IMG/VR virus record: IMGVR_UViG_3300022602_000037
DNA: 64,000 nt
Strand: one strand, 5' to 3'
Origin: a virus
In this document: positions 19,312-34,200 of the stretch, in pieces
How positions within the stretch are numbered: position 1 is the first letter of the stretch
Layout of the letters: every line of letters begins with the position of its first letter
Notes under the pieces: model-generated
Databases searched by the model: none
Seen by the model: the letters and a program-made list of their open reading frames with translations, nothing else
What the model was told of the DNA's origin: nothing
Position numbers and translations under genes: made by a program

Positions 19312-22275
19312 TTATATTTCTAGTTTTAAGATTGTAAGTGTTACAGTTATATTAGCAGATGATCCACTATTATTATAAACTTTCAAATACATGTTTGAGC
19401 TAACTGTTCCATCAGCATTGAATCCAATTGCGGCTGGAGTAAAATAAGTTGTTGTTGAAACAGTTGAAATTGATTCTGCAATGACTCCACTTCCTGGAGT
19501 AGGATCTGTAGTAATAGATCTAGAACTGTCATTAGACTGTGCTGTTGAACTAGTATAAACAGTTACCCATGCTCCTGCTGAAACTTGAATACTATATAAT
19601 GCGTAACCTTTAGCGGCTGTAATTGTTCCCGTCACTGAGTTTCCAGAATTAATAATACCTGTAACATATTGTACAGTAGTTCGACTTTGTAATCCAGATG
19701 TTTGAACCGCACTAATCGTACCGCCACTGATTGTAATAGTTGTTCCGTCTGGTTTTACTGCACCAAGTTGACTTGTTGTTGCGGTAGCTACTGCAATATT
19801 TCCATTAGTAGCTATAATAGTTGAACCGTCAACAGTTACACCACCTAATTGGCTAGTTGTAGCTAGAGCAAGGCCAATTGTTCCTGTTGTGTTTGTAATA
19901 CCACTTGTAGATACTGACGGTATAATAACTCCGCCTAATGCTGATGTTGTGGCTGCTGGAAGTGTATAAGAAATTGTACTAGTGATTACACCACCATTAA
20001 TTGTAATAGTTGTACCATCTACTTTAACACCACCTAATGTACCACCAGATCCAACACCTGCGGTTGGTAAAGTATAACTAGTGATATCAGACAAATTGGC
20101 TAAAGGACTCCAAACAGAATCGTGTGCATAATACATACGAGCATCTGCATTACTAAAAGCAACTGCACCTTTATAAGAACTTGCCGATGGAAACGCTGTT
20201 TGATTTGTAAAATAAAATGGTATAATGCTACCTACAACAGGGGCAGTAATAACTCCAGTATTGTCTATAGTTACTGCACTATTTTGTAGTGTTTGTCCAC
20301 CAGTGCCGTTGTATATTGCAATAGCTCTGTTGGTAGATGCTACTGGGCCAATAACAGTTCCTCCTGATGAAGGCGCACTTATAACACCAGATCCGCTGAT
20401 TGTAACTGTCGTTCCATCAACTTTGACTCCGCCCAATTGTGTAGTGCTTGCTATTGCTAGTCCGATAGTACCACTGGAGTTTGTTATTCCGCTAGTAGCC
20501 ACTGTTGGAATAATAACTCCACCTAATGCTGAAGTTGTGGCTGCTGGCAAAGAATATCCGCTAGCACTACTAATTACACCGCTTCCACTAATTGTAATAG
20601 TTGTACCATCAACTTTAACACCGCCCAATGTTCCTCCGCTACCTACTCCAGCTGTTGGTAAGCTATACGGTGCTGGAGGTGTAAATGAAAACACTCCGGT
20701 AGAATTGTTATAAGATAAACTGCCATTGCCGCTAGCTGTTTGAGTAGTTATACTAAGACTACTCAATTGAATTGGTGTGAATCCTAGTCCAGTTGTAATT
20801 TGATTGCTGGATAAAGTATTGCCGCTGATACTAGTTACTGTACCAGCATTTCCAGTGACGCTACCGTTAATTGGATTTGTTACTGTCAAATTAGTTAAAG
20901 TTCCAACACTGGTTAAACTAGAATTAACAATGTTTGAATTCAAAGTTGTACCAGTCAGCAATCCTGCGGCTGCCACAGTCGATCCTGGAATTTGTTGCCA
21001 GGTAGTTCCGTTATAAATTACATAATCACCGGCACTAAATGTAATGCCTAAAGCTGTACCTCCAACGGTAACAGCATATTCCCAACCAGCAGTACCAGAA
21101 CCGTTGGTTAATGTTGGAGTATTGGTACTGGCATTCCAAGTACCTTTATAAACAACTGCTCCTGTTAAACTTGCAGGTATCTGACTAGCTGTCAATCTTC
21201 CGTCCGGTCCTAATGTTGCTATTCCACTAGCGGCACCAATTGTACTGATTGCCGGAACTGAAATAATTCCTCCTGATATTGAAACGGTTGAACCATCTCC
21301 TTTAACAACTCCTAATACGCTTGAAGTAGCAGTTGGCAATGACGCAATATAATCAACGCCCGGAACTGCAATACTCAATGCACCCGTCGATGTAGTACTC
21401 TTAAGTAAACCCGTAGCCAAACCGCTAGTGCCAGGTGCATAATCTGTACCGCTTACTGCGGCTGTTCGAGTAGTGCCCGAAGACTTAACAATACCTGTTA
21501 CACTTTGCGCACTTTGATAATCTGTTCCAGCAACAGCCGCAGACATACTAGTACCGTTGCCTTTTAATATGCCGTTTATGTTAGTAATTATTGTAATAGC
21601 AGGAGTTGTGGTGCTATTGGCAACAGTTCCTGCAAAACCATTTGCTGTAACAACACTTATCGATGATACTGTTCCAGATCCTGCAATAGCAGTAATAACT
21701 CCATTATTAATAACAATCGAAGTTCCGTCAACTTTGACACCACCTAGTGTTCCTAAAGTGCTAGTTCCAACAGTAGCCGTTGGTATAACACTACTAATAA
21801 CTCCATTATTAATAACTATTGAAGACCCATCAATCTTAACACCACCCAATGCGGTTGTTGTTGCTGTTGGTAAGCTATAACCGCTAGGTGCCGCACTGAT
21901 CACACCGCCATTTATTGTAATAGTTGTACCGTCAACTTTGACACCGCCTAATACTGAAGAACTTGCTACCGGCAAACTATATGCGGCTGGAGCTCCAACT
22001 AATTTATTATAACTTAATGCTGTAATCCAACTTGGATCTGAATAATTTCCTGTTGTCAGCACCGCATTTGTTGTTGTATTAGGCGCCCAAAATAATTGAA
22101 ATCCATCTGTATACAAGGCATTTCCAGCTTGTCCAACCTTACTTGGCAACACTGATGCCGCGACATTTGTGTATAATTCTGTAAAATTGGCATTTATCTT
22201 TTGCCCGGCTGTACGTAGACTGTCACCAGTGCCATCGCCTGGGGCTGATCCTACGTTAATAAGTTGTTGTGTCAT
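19312..22275 (-). CDS. Repeat-rich fibre protein with a T4 gp9/gp10-like N-terminal attachment motif
   Basis: N-terminal INVG..PGDGTGDSLR..GQKINANFTELY; about 11 copies of LP.A....LGGVKVDG.TI.I..G.IS. Confidence 0.75.
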   Translation of the reverse strand: MTQQLINVGSAPGDGTGDSLRTAGQKINANFTELYTNVAASVLPSKVGQAGNALYTDGFQLFWAPNTTTNAVLTTGNYSDPSWITALSYNKLVGAPAAYSLPVASSSVLGGVKVDGTTITINGGVISAAPSGYSLPTATTTALGGVKIDGSSIVINNGVISSVIPTATVGTSTLGTLGGVKVDGTSIVINNGVITAIAGSGTVSSISVVTANGFAGTVANSTTTPAITIITNINGILKGNGTSMSAAVAGTDYQSAQSVTGIVKSSGTTRTAAVSGTDYAPGTSGLATGLLKSTTSTGALSIAVPGVDYIASLPTATSSVLGVVKGDGSTVSISGGIISVPAISTIGAASGIATLGPDGRLTASQIPASLTGAVVYKGTWNASTNTPTLTNGSGTAGWEYAVTVGGTALGITFSAGDYVIYNGTTWQQIPGSTVAAAGLLTGTTLNSNIVNSSLTSVGTLTNLTVTNPINGSVTGNAGTVTSISGNTLSSNQITTGLGFTPIQLSSLSITTQTASGNGSLSYNNSTGVFSFTPPAPYSLPTAGVGSGGTLGGVKVDGTTITISGSGVISSASGYSLPAATTSALGGVIIPTVATSGITNSSGTIGLAIASTTQLGGVKVDGTTVTISGSGVISAPSSGGTVIGPVASTNRAIAIYNGTGGQTLQNSAVTIDNTGVITAPVVGSIIPFYFTNQTAFPSASSYKGAVAFSNADARMYYAHDSVWSPLANLSDITSYTLPTAGVGSGGTLGGVKVDGTTITINGGVITSTISYTLPAATTSALGGVIIPSVSTSGITNTTGTIGLALATTSQLGGVTVDGSTIIATNGNIAVATATTSQLGAVKPDGTTITISGGTISAVQTSGLQSRTTVQYVTGIINSGNSVTGTITAAKGYALYSIQVSAGAWVTVYTSSTAQSNDSSRSITTDPTPGSGVIAESISTVSTTTYFTPAAIGFNADGTVSSNMYLKVYNNSGSSANITVTLTILKLEI

Positions 22276-25200
22276 TGTGTTGTTCCTTGATCGAATGTTG
22301 TGCGAGTACCGTCAAAACTTAATAGTGTGTTGTCAAAAGTTCCCACCGATACATTACTTATTTGTTTATACTCACTATACCATATGCCAGGTTCTGCTCT
22401 TAAGAAATCGCTTATTTTTCCAGTGTCATAAAGCACACTTGTTACATTATCCCAAGCCAATCCTGAATTTTGTACTACTGTAATTTGTGTTCCAAAACTT
22501 AATAAATTAGTCAATATTACAGTTGCTCCATTAATTATAAAAGTTAAAGAAGCAGTTCCATTTGAGGCTGTTCCCAATGTGTGATTAGGACCTGTAGTTC
22601 CTAGAACTCCGGCCACAGTAACTTCATAATAATTATTTTCATAATTTACATAAACACCTATTGCAACTGCTAAACCAGATGCCCATGTTGGTCCATAATA
22701 TTTCACTGCTGGTATAGTAAAATCTGGACTAAATGCAACATCTCCTTCTGGGCTAGTTGGGGCGTTGTTTATATTAAAGACACTATATCCAACTTTCTTC
22801 AAGCGTCTATTTCCAATAAAGAATTTCCAAGCACTGCTTGATGCAATATTAGTTGCAATAGAAGTAGTAGTTCCATCACTGTTAATTGTAACTTGGGTAA
22901 CAGAACTAAAGAATGTGCTTCCACTAATATGGCTAATTAAACATCTATAGGTGTAAGATCCCACATTAACTATAGCACCTACAGGATAAACTGCGCCAGT
23001 TTCCCATACTGATCCGTCGTTGTATCCTCCTACAAAAATTTCCATATCGTTAATAGTAGCTGGTACAAAATCTAAACTAACTAGATTTGTACCGTCACTA
23101 ACAATTTGTGTGACTTTTTGTGTATCACTATATGGAATATTTTCAAAAGGTCCAATATCCTGGACTAGTGTACCTGCTAAGGATACTGAATAAATTCCTG
23201 TACCAAGAGTCCCTCGACGCAATTGACTTAACTGATTACCTACTAGCGAGAAGTACTCAATACGCTCACCTCTAATTTCAATAACTCCTGGTTTATTTTT
23301 ACTTGGATTTGGTAAGTCAAAATTAGAAGCATTTTCAACTACAATCACAGTGTCATTCCAGTGTAAATCTTGTGCCAATGTAGTTTGTTTAGATTTACTT
23401 AGACGTTTATAGGTCACACGATTTAACATATCTTTGAACTGCATATATGCGATTCCAGATGTATATACATTGCTACCAAAAGTAATTATGGTTAACTTGT
23501 CAGTAATAGATGTATTTTGTGCTAATGTTATACTTTGATAATCTGGATTTAATTTATAATCAATCACAGGACTTAATAGAGTTCCATTTTTAATAACCCA
23601 AACGTAGTATTCACTTAATACTTGTCGGTCAAGCTGGACGATTCCTCCAAGAATATTATACATGTAAAAATAAAAAGAACTATTTGGTGTAAGAGATGCT
23701 AATGTAGAAGTAGATAAGGTAGTTCTTTGTGAATCTAAAAATTCATGTTGATAACTACTTATAACTTGTACCAAATGTGTGTTGTCATATGCTGTGTTAA
23801 ATGTAATCTGATTATTCAGTGCATTATATGTGTAGCCTTCTCCGGTAGTTAGACTCACAACCAAAGTTTGACCTTTATATGTGTTATAGGTAGTTTTATT
23901 AATTTTAATTGTAACACCTGACAGATCAACAATATAATCTGTTCCTAGTGTTAATGTATTACTTCCCGCATAGACATACAAAGTTCTAATGTCAATCGAA
24001 TATGGAACAAATTTGGTAGGATCAACTGTATAATTAAGTCTGTTGCTACCTATTGTAAAATATGCATTTACTGGAGCAGGTAAAATAGACTGATCGACAC
24101 GCACTATCATGTCTGATTCGTCTGGTAAGAATGTTCCAACAGGATTTTGCAAATTATAGGTAAATTGTCCGTTAGTTGCTATTGTTTCAACATTAGTTAT
24201 AGCATAAGTCGGCACCGTACCAGCAACTATAATAAAATTAATTAATGCACCGGCAGCAGGAGCTTTTCCAAAATTAAATCCAATTGCTCCAGAATACAAA
24301 TATGTCTTATCAGTCTTAAATATCTGAGGGCTAGCAACTTTACCATCAACATATACTAAAGTTGTGATAGGAGTTGTCCAAGTTGCACTTGATACAAATT
24401 CAGATGTTGTTCCATCGCCAACAAAGTAATCAATATCTATAATGTTTGCGCCATTGAATCCAATACTAAAAATACTAATTTCTGAATTAGAAGTAGGAGC
24501 AGTATGGAAAACAATATTATTATTTCTATAATCAACATCATAATCAGTTGTCACAGTTTTTATCGCACCACCTACTTTTACTATTACAGCACCTGGACTG
24601 TTTGGTTGTTGACTTATTTTGAAACCAGTAGTAGCTCCATCCCCAATATAATTGTCAGTTCTTATAACTCCCGATCCGCTAGTTGGTTTTTCAAATATTT
24701 TAATAGCTAACGCATCAACTAACTGTCCTGGAACAACTTCTTCGGGAGCCACATTCGTAGTAGTTGTAATAAGACCGTCGCCATCGACGATAATGTCATC
24801 TGCTGATAAACCAGTAGCTGTGGCATAAACACCATTTAATGTGGTAGTATCACCGCCACTTAAACTAGTATCATAATCCTGATCTCTTGGCGCTATCGAA
24901 CCATCGCTGGTAGTTTGTCTAATAACAAATTCGTCACCTTTAGATACAGTAAACACATTAGCCGATGCATTTGATCCAGCATCTACTTTGTCAAGTATTC
25001 CATATACTGTACTTGCAGATCCTCCGTCATCTACCTCAATATCTATAGTTGTATTGGCTTGACCGCCGTCAACTAGTGTATAAGGTTGCGGAATGCTAAA
25101 TGTTTTAGTTGTTAAACCACCAACATCGCTAACACCATCAGATAAGAAAGTGTTTACAATAGCAGTTGCATTTATTGAAGGTATTAATGTAGATTCGTTT

Positions 25201-28200
25201 GATAAGATTGTACTTAATACAGTTTGCAGACCTGCATCTTGAGCCGGTGCTGTAGGATTAGTTACTGGTGCATTTGGATAAAATGCACTGCTTATAATTG
25301 TTGTAATTGTTGATATATTATTACTAATAGCAGTTCCTGCTATTTGACCGTTAGCCAGGCCGCTATTTGTATATTGGAAAAAGTGTGTTTGTAATCTTGT
25401 AAATTGAGTATTGGTAATAATATGCTGAGCCATAGAATTCAAATATCCAAAAACACCTGACCAATAGGCAGGGGGTTGAATGAATGGAATACTATTATTG
25501 TAAATCCAATACTGATTTGCTGAATAGATAGATTCTCTATTGCCGCCGTAGGTTAAATCGTAACATAGACTCAACACGATATATTGAATTTTTGTTTGGA
25601 AATCTGTTTGATCATATACTACACTTGGATAATTGTTAGTAATATATTGTATTAATTCTGCTTGAATAAACGGAATATTATCATTCAACAAAGTAGCCGC
25701 ACTATAAAGTCCGTAATTAGGAGAAATAAAAGTATAATTCCCGTATTCTGCTTGTAGTCCAATACTTTGATTAATTTGTGCCGCAACTAGGCCATTATGT
25801 AGTACTACTGCTACGACTGTTGCAAATCCTGTTAGCCCAAGACCACTCACTGACCACCCTGCTTGCACTGGCGTAGCACTAATAGATGCTACTGGAATGT
25901 ATACATAGGTTCCTATCGGTGATCCGTTTATATTTGGTACATTATAAACTATAGATGTAGGAGTACCATACGGCAATGTAAATATTGGTTGAGGAACAAT
26001 TCCACCGCCAACAATAGTTGTTACTATTGCTGTGTTTGTATCAATTGCCAAGACTGCTTCTGCATTAGTACCCACTCCTTGTAGATTAGATACTGTTTCA
26101 AGTAAATTATTAATTGAATAATTTGTTTCACTAGATTTATATCCGTAAGAAGTAATGTGGTTTGATATTGCAAGTCCTACCAAAATACTTTGATAGTTTG
26201 AATTATACGCGGCATCATAAGCTGCCGATTCTACTAGTTGAGCAAAGAAAGGTTTTATATTATAATTAGGATCATCTAATCTAACAGGATTTAATTTTCC
26301 AAGAATACTAATTATAGAACCCAGCGCTATTCCGCTATTTGTTAAATTTGTTAACGTAATTTTTCCATTGTTACTAATAACTACATCAGTTGGGTGAATT
26401 AGTGTACGAACAAAATTTAAGTAAGTGCTATCTGGTATTTCAAAATAAAGTATAGAACTTAGTTGTACTTGATTTGCAGATAAGCCCAACGTAGAATTTG
26501 GACCTACTGCTGTAACTGTAGTATTCAATGCAAACAATGATAACGATGTATCTGTAGTTGTTATAACATCACCTACTCTTATTCCAGTCACGCTATTAAC
26601 ATACAAAATGTTGCTAGCAACCACGTTAGTTGTAAAAATAATGATTCCGCTAGGAAGACTATCGGGCGGAACACTTAATTGTACCTGAGTTGATGATAGT
26701 ATTGCTGTTACGGTTTGCCCCGATACAAATCCTTCTCCAGTTGCAGTCATACCCACCGTTATATTTGCAGTGCTTACTAGAGTAATAGTGTTTACATAAG
26801 ATCCTGCAACAGACGCAACAGATGCAAATGTAGCACGAACACCGCTAGAGTAAGTTGTATGAGTCAATGTAACATATGGTGCAATATCTTGAGTATTATA
26901 AACATATTCTTTAGTAACACCATCTGATACATATGAATCTACATTAACCTGTGTTCTATAAATGTTTAGTTGTATACCATTATCTGGAGTGTACGGTAAT
27001 GTAAATGTATTAGTGTTAGCATTTACAACAACACTATAATCTTTATATGTGCTGTCATAACTATCCCACTTATCTGAATAAAATGGTACACTATCCCAAC
27101 CCTGAGAAATTTCAAATCCTAATCCGTTAACAATAACACCGCCATAATCTATACCAGTCATTAACTGTGCAAGATCTTTTCCTGGTTCACCTGCACTTGG
27201 TGTATAATAATACTGTATTCTATCTGTAGCACTTAACAAAGATTCTGCAATATTATATGTAACAACTATTGATACTCCTTTTTTAGGAGCAGTTGTAAAT
27301 GTTATTGTTCCAGAATATGTGGTATACCCCTTAACAGTACTTGAAACAATAGCAAGTGTATAAGTATCTCTTAATGCAAGAATACCATTAAGTGTAACAG
27401 AACTTTTACCTATAGTGTTATCTGGTCCCCATTGTAAAACAAATTGTAATCTACTACCAGTTCCAGTAAATGTTTCAGTTTTTTCTAATTGTGTAATAAC
27501 GTATGTTTGATCTACTCTGTCAAATTTAATTCCAACATAATTAGATCTAACAAGGCTTTTTCCAATAATTGCTACCGCAGTTGCTGGTGTTCCAGTAGGC
27601 AGTATTCCACCTTTAATTGTAATCGTTGGTGCCGATAAGTAACCAGTTCCCGGAGTTAATAGCACTATTCTATTGACTTTTTCATTACTAATAAATGCTC
27701 TAGCTGTTGCTCCGGATCCGCTGTTGCTTGTAAAAATAACCTGAGGTTCAGTTACATACCCGCTGCCGCCGCTAGTTAATTTTAATTCTGTAATTGTAAA
27801 TCCTGCATTATCAAGCCAGAACTTCCAAGGATATGTTTCTATAGCAGGATCTTGGGCGATGATTTTATCATTTTGAGAATAAACTTGTATCAAAGTTCTC
27901 TTATTATTTTCGTAAATAGAAGGTAAATCAAAATCTGTTATAGGCAATTGGGCAGGATCAATGCTGTCATAATTGCTAATGTATTCCCTGACAGTAGTTT
28001 TATAAGGTTTAACTTCGTTGACATAATCTTCAAAATTAGCAAGATTATCTGGTTTGTAAGTCACAGGCTGATCTAGACCGCCGACATTGTGTTGGGCTCT
28101 TACAAAACTAGTCTTAAATATCCAATCAACATAAAGTTGTTCGCTATGAATATAATGTACACTACCAAAGAATAAATCTAAATAAGAACCGTTTAGTTCT

Positions 28201-31200
28201 CCTTTGAAAATATCATTTTTTAGACTAGACAGTATAATTCTCAATTCAGTTGATGCATATAGGTCAAAAGATTGAGAGTCATATATGTTATTATCAAAAC
28301 CTAATTGAGTATTCGATAAATTGTAAAGAGAAGCATCCAGCTGAATGGTGCCATTTTGTAAGCCAACTACATGATAACTCTGTGTCCAATCTATGCTTGT
28401 AGAATCCGCATACTTATATAATAGTTCCCAACCGCCTGTGTTAGTGGTTCTAACTTTAACTGTTTGTCCTATAATAGGAGAAATTGAATTTAAGTCCGCC
28501 AGTGTGGCAACTGAAAAATCAGCGGCTGTAAATTGACTGTAACCAGTTGCATACCAGTCTGCATAACTCCAATAATTTCTAACATCATATGCTTGAGTTA
28601 AGACTAATGACCAATATCCAACTGTAGTCTTTCCTACTGATGTTACTGGAGGTATCCATGCATATATACTCCAATTTCCATTAGCGTTAACATCGCTTCT
28701 AATTAATGCACTGTAATTTCTAATGGTTAATGTAGTTGTACTATCATAACCTTGTCCTGATGATATTACTTTAGCTCCGGTAATCTGACCTTTTGTATTA
28801 ATAATTGCATTTACTACAGCCCCAGTACCGGTACCATTAACTGTAATATAAGGAGCAACAAGATATCCTTTTCCTGATAAAGGATTACCAGTACTATCAG
28901 TATTAATAGTTATTCCAGTAATCCTGCCATCCGAAATTGTTGGGTTAATACTTGGTGTTGTATAATTACCTACACTAGCATAAATTAATTCTGCATAATT
29001 ATCAAAAGCAATATCATACAACCCCGTAGTAATTGCAGGTGCTGGATCATAACTTTCTAAATTTTTAAGATCTGAATTTTCTACTATCTGATTTGCTAAC
29101 AATATCTGATTAGCTTGTTCTACAAATTCTTTTAATGCTTCAAAACGATTAACAAACATACCCTGGCGAGGTCGATTTTCAATACCATAACGTAACTTAG
29201 GAGGCAATGCCGGATCGGGCACTGGTCGACCTACTGAATCATTTCCACATAAACTGTCAATCCATTTTTGTTCAATTACATCAGGAATATATGTTGTAGG
29301 GTCTTCGCTAACTAATTTCCAATGACTATGTACATTCTGATTTGTTTTAGAACCTAACCAGTACTCAACACTTAATACAACTTCGTCATGCTTTAAGTAT
29401 TGTTTTGCATTAACTAGACTAAAACTACTTGGGCCAGTTAATGCAAGATATGTATAACCCTGCCCTCTTGGATTAGCAATTAAAGTAGAAACATCGCTAG
29501 CTGCCAAGTTTCTTCCGGCAACATTAGGAATGAATTTTTTGTTTTTAACCCAGAAATAATAGGTATTCTTAAATGTTTGAGTTACAGTATTATAAGTTTG
29601 TTTTACACTATAACAACTATTGCCATATAAACTAGTTCCACTTATTCCGGCCGTAATACCAGCTGGTGTGTCTGCTAGAGAATCCCATACTGCTGGCAAT
29701 TGGTTATAACTTACCCATTCGTAAATATCAATACTTGCACCGGTTGCTAGCGAATTCCAATTTGTATTTTTATAAACAGGGTTATCTTCATATGCATTTA
29801 AGAATTTTGCGGTTCTTAAATCCCACCATAATAAGCCTACTTGATCATCTTTCCATGCAGTGCCAGTATTGACATTAACTGTAGTATCTCCTACACTATA
29901 AGTAGCTGGATCATAAAATGCTTTGAATTTAATTTCTTCTTCTGCTGGCCCAGCAATTTTGCCCTGTGCAGGATCAATAATATCTAAGTATGTTACTAAT
30001 GTTCCTAAAGTTCTATTATACAAGAACGCTTTTTTAATTTTCTTAACGTCTGGTTTATCAATTTCGCTGTGTATGATAGTCCAAGTCTTTGTGCCTGGCA
30101 TCTTACTATAATCATATACTCGACCAGAAGTTAATCCATGATCTATACCAAATGGTGCACCAATTAATACGTGATTGCCCCCTACTGCAAATCCAGTACC
30201 ATATCCGTCAGCTACTCCACCTTCATTAGTAATTATTGCGGCAATACCTGTACCTGAACCGTCACCTGTTGCAGTAAATGTAACACCAATAGCATTAACA
30301 CTAGCACCAACTTTTGTAAAATCTGTAGTGCCTAAACTTAATATTGAATATGTATTACCAACAACAAATTCTCCTGCTGGGGTAACTGGATTAGACCTGG
30401 TTAAACTTTCACTAAACACCCAACTAGTATCATAACGATCATAGATATCAATGCGACCACTATTAATTTGTCGTACAGTAAATGGTGTAGAATTTTTATC
30501 AAATGTTGTAGAATTTTTATCAAATGTTGTAGTTATAAACGTATCGCCATACTGACTATAAATTACTAATGTTTCAAAGTTATTCATGAAAGAAATTTTA
30601 CGGCCAAAATGTCCGTTAGTTTCTGGTTGATGAGGAACTAATGTCTGTTGTATAAAATATAATCCAGAATCAGTATGATAATTATATACTGCTACAGAAC
30701 CTTGTTGTTTAATTTGTGTTGAACTTGTAGTATCATCTGAAATAGCAATATAATTGCCATCATCTGATATTGCCAATTGTATATCATAATCAACACCTTG
30801 TAATATTTGTACTAGTCCAAAACCAGTTAAACTATTTCCAGAAATAGTACCTGCCTGTGTTTGCGGGCCAGTAGCGTGGCTAGCATAACTAACACTATTC
30901 AATGTAACAGCAGTTACAACAAATGCGCCGTTAAATGACGATGGTACAACACCAGAGACTGTAATTGTATCGCCTAATGCATAGGGCAATAGTGTTTGTT
31001 TAGCAAACGTCAATGTTGCCGTTGTGCCGGTTCCAGTAGCACCTGTAGTCGTCAATACAACTGTTGGTGTAGCTTTGAATATTGCCACTAAAGCAGTTGT
31101 AACACTACTTGCGGCACTAATTGCTAATGTAGAATTATCATTACTTATGGCTAGACTATAACCAAAATTCATTCCGGTTATATTACCAGTATACACCTCG

Positions 31201-34200
31201 GCTTGATCATAGCCCCAACCAACAACTGCAAATTCAATTACTCCGTTTGGAGTGCTATCTGGGCTGCCACTTAAAATTAATGTTGTAAAATTAACTACAC
31301 TAGTAACTGTCTGTCCGCTTGTGAATCCAGTACCTAGCACATACATGCCTGGAAGTATGCCGATTGTACTAGTTACTCGCAATGTTGCTTCTGCACTTCC
31401 TACAGGATTATATGCAGACTGAGCTTGTACTACTGAAGAATATTTTAATTTATATACTCTACCAGATGAATTATTATATCCCGGAGCTGATATATAAATT
31501 ACATCATTACCAAATGCAAAATTTGATCCAAAATTTTCATTAGCAACAGGATAAGGACTTACAATAGTATCTACTAAAGCGTAGATATTATTTGAATCTT
31601 TCTTATATAGACTTATTACACCTTGTCGTGCATATCCAGTTTGAGCATACTGGAATGACCATTGGCCGCTGCCGCTATCAGGTGTAGAAGGAGCCTGCTG
31701 AGTAGCAGACATGATTCCACTTGCAGTCGTTAACGGCACTGCCAAGTTACTTCCTTGTATAGCTGTTATTGTAAATTGTGTACTACTAATAATTGTTTGT
31801 ACATAATAAATGACTCCAGCTACTGCTCCTCCAAATGTATTTCCAGAAAAAATAATTTCATAACCAACGCCTAATACGCTAGTATCTGCTGTGGTCAAAT
31901 AATATGTAGAGGCTGCGGTATTAGTTACTGTAATTGTTACTTGCCCATAAATTTTAATAATAGATTGATAAACATTACTCTTATAGATAACCAAGCATCC
32001 CGAAGGATAAATTACAGTTGGATCCCAGGTTCCATAACTATCGACTGGAATATAATATATTGTTTCCCAGTAGCCGTATACATCATATAATGGCTCATTA
32101 TTTGCTGGTACAACTTTAAGTGCTCGATAAAAGTTAGTAAATCCAGTATCTAAATCTACTTCACTTACAATGAGTCCTGGGCCATATACTAAAACTTGAT
32201 TCCAATTACCAATATAATTTGTAATTGCATAACCTGCCAATGGACTGCCAGTTATCATGTACGATGCATCGGGTGCGATTGCAACTGCTGTAGCAACAAC
32301 ATTTCCTTGATTTGGATTAGTTGTTATTATATAAGTAGCAGTTGTTATAGATGCATTTGCTGGCTGGCTAATTGTGACACTAACTCCTTGAATTACTGAA
32401 ATTATAATTGAATTTGGAGAAATGCCTTGACCTTCTATAACTCCGTTTAACATTCCAGAGGCTGCCGCAGACATTGTAACTACAGTACTATTGATTATAG
32501 TGCTTGCAATAACATTATAAACTGTATTGGTAGAAATAAAAGGAGGTTCAATGATTTGTCGTTGTACCCATGGCAAGGCCGGACTAGATTTATCATAAGT
32601 GGTGATTTGCCCATAACCTGTGCCTATGGCAGCCATGTTACCTTCTCTGTTGATTGCAATAACAGCACCAAACTCTAACTCATTTTGTGGAGCAGAATTA
32701 TTCAAATAAGAAATTTCATATACTGGGTTGTATTGCCAAGTAGCCCATTTGCCGTTACCCTGATCATCGGTCCAAATTAGTTCTCCTGGATTTAGACGAA
32801 CTGTGAGAATAGAATCTAATGAGTTAATACTAGATGTTCGTTGACTTACCAGTGCATACACTACCAATTGGTTTGATTGTGTAAATGGTTGAGGAAACCC
32901 AGAAATAGTAGCAGAAATTGTAAACGAATTTAAGTTTACACTGGTAATTTGATAAAATCCTTGCAACAACGCTACTTGAGAAAGCCCGACCCAATCACCT
33001 ACTTGGAATGAGGTTAAATTTTCAGTAGTTAATGTTAGTGTAAAGTTATTATTGTTATAAGAAACGTTATTAATTATAATTTGTAAGTCGGTGAATCTGT
33101 AGACATTCCAACTTGGACCATCAAATGCCACCCATACATAGGCACCTTCATTAAATGTAGTGATATCATAAGAAGATATTTCTGACAAGTATCCTAAACT
33201 TAAGAATACATCTGTGGCATTAACATATCCTGCTTCTCTTAAGAAAGAATTATACACTGGTAGTAGAGGCCAGGGTTGACTATTATAACCTAAAGGTTTT
33301 AGATAAACATCATTATATGTTTGTTCAATAATAAATGTTTCACTAAGACTTGTGTCTTTTAATTGTCTTAGTTCAAATCCCTGAGGATTAGATCTAAAAT
33401 TTGCTTCGTTGAGTATAAACTCTATATTTTCAAACGCTTTAGCGGCACCGTATTGTCCCAATCGTAATGCCCATTCTTCATAAAATACCAAACTCTCTAA
33501 GTTATCAGAACTTAGTACATTAAACAATTTATTAAGACTATTTTGTGTACCTTTTTCACGAATCATTCCTTGATAAAACTTAAATTCTGTAACATCGTCT
33601 TGTAAGATGTTATCTAGGTATTGACGTTTTTGATAACCAATTAAATGCTGTGCAACTTTTTGTTGATTATTATCAAAATTATCACTGTCTAAGCTATAAA
33701 AATCTTCAAACTGACTTGCCTTGTAAGACCAATTAGGTAATAGTTTTGCTGTAGGTTTTGTTGCCAGTTGAGTCCACTGTGTAGCATCAAAGGTTTCTGT
33801 ACCAATCAATGCCGACAATGCGCTATAATAAAATCCTTGATAATTAACAATATCGCCTAATGCATAATCTGTCCATGCTTTCCAATTTTGTATAATTGCT
33901 TGGTCAAAAATAAATCCTGGAATGTCTAATCCGCCATACCAATCGATACTAACATGTCCAGAAACTTTAAGTCTTTCTTGTCTATAACCACTTTCTGGGT
34001 TATAAATTACATCATTAAAAATTGTTGTATTACTTAAAGTAATAACTTGTTCATGTTGGATTAGATAAAAACTTGCACCATATATTCCATCAGTTGTTCG
34101 AGGACTATAAGATACTATATTTCCACTTCTGTAGCTATCTAAAAATTTTGAAGCCAGTGGAGTTCCATCAACCTTGAAAATTTCATAGTGATAGAATGGA

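Noticed and set aside
13018-21880. Many + strand ORFs opposite the tail genes (e.g. 13018-13323, 20225-20713, 21557-21880)
   Set aside because: Antisense shadows of G/T/S-rich coding sequence, with no RBS or recognisable protein features
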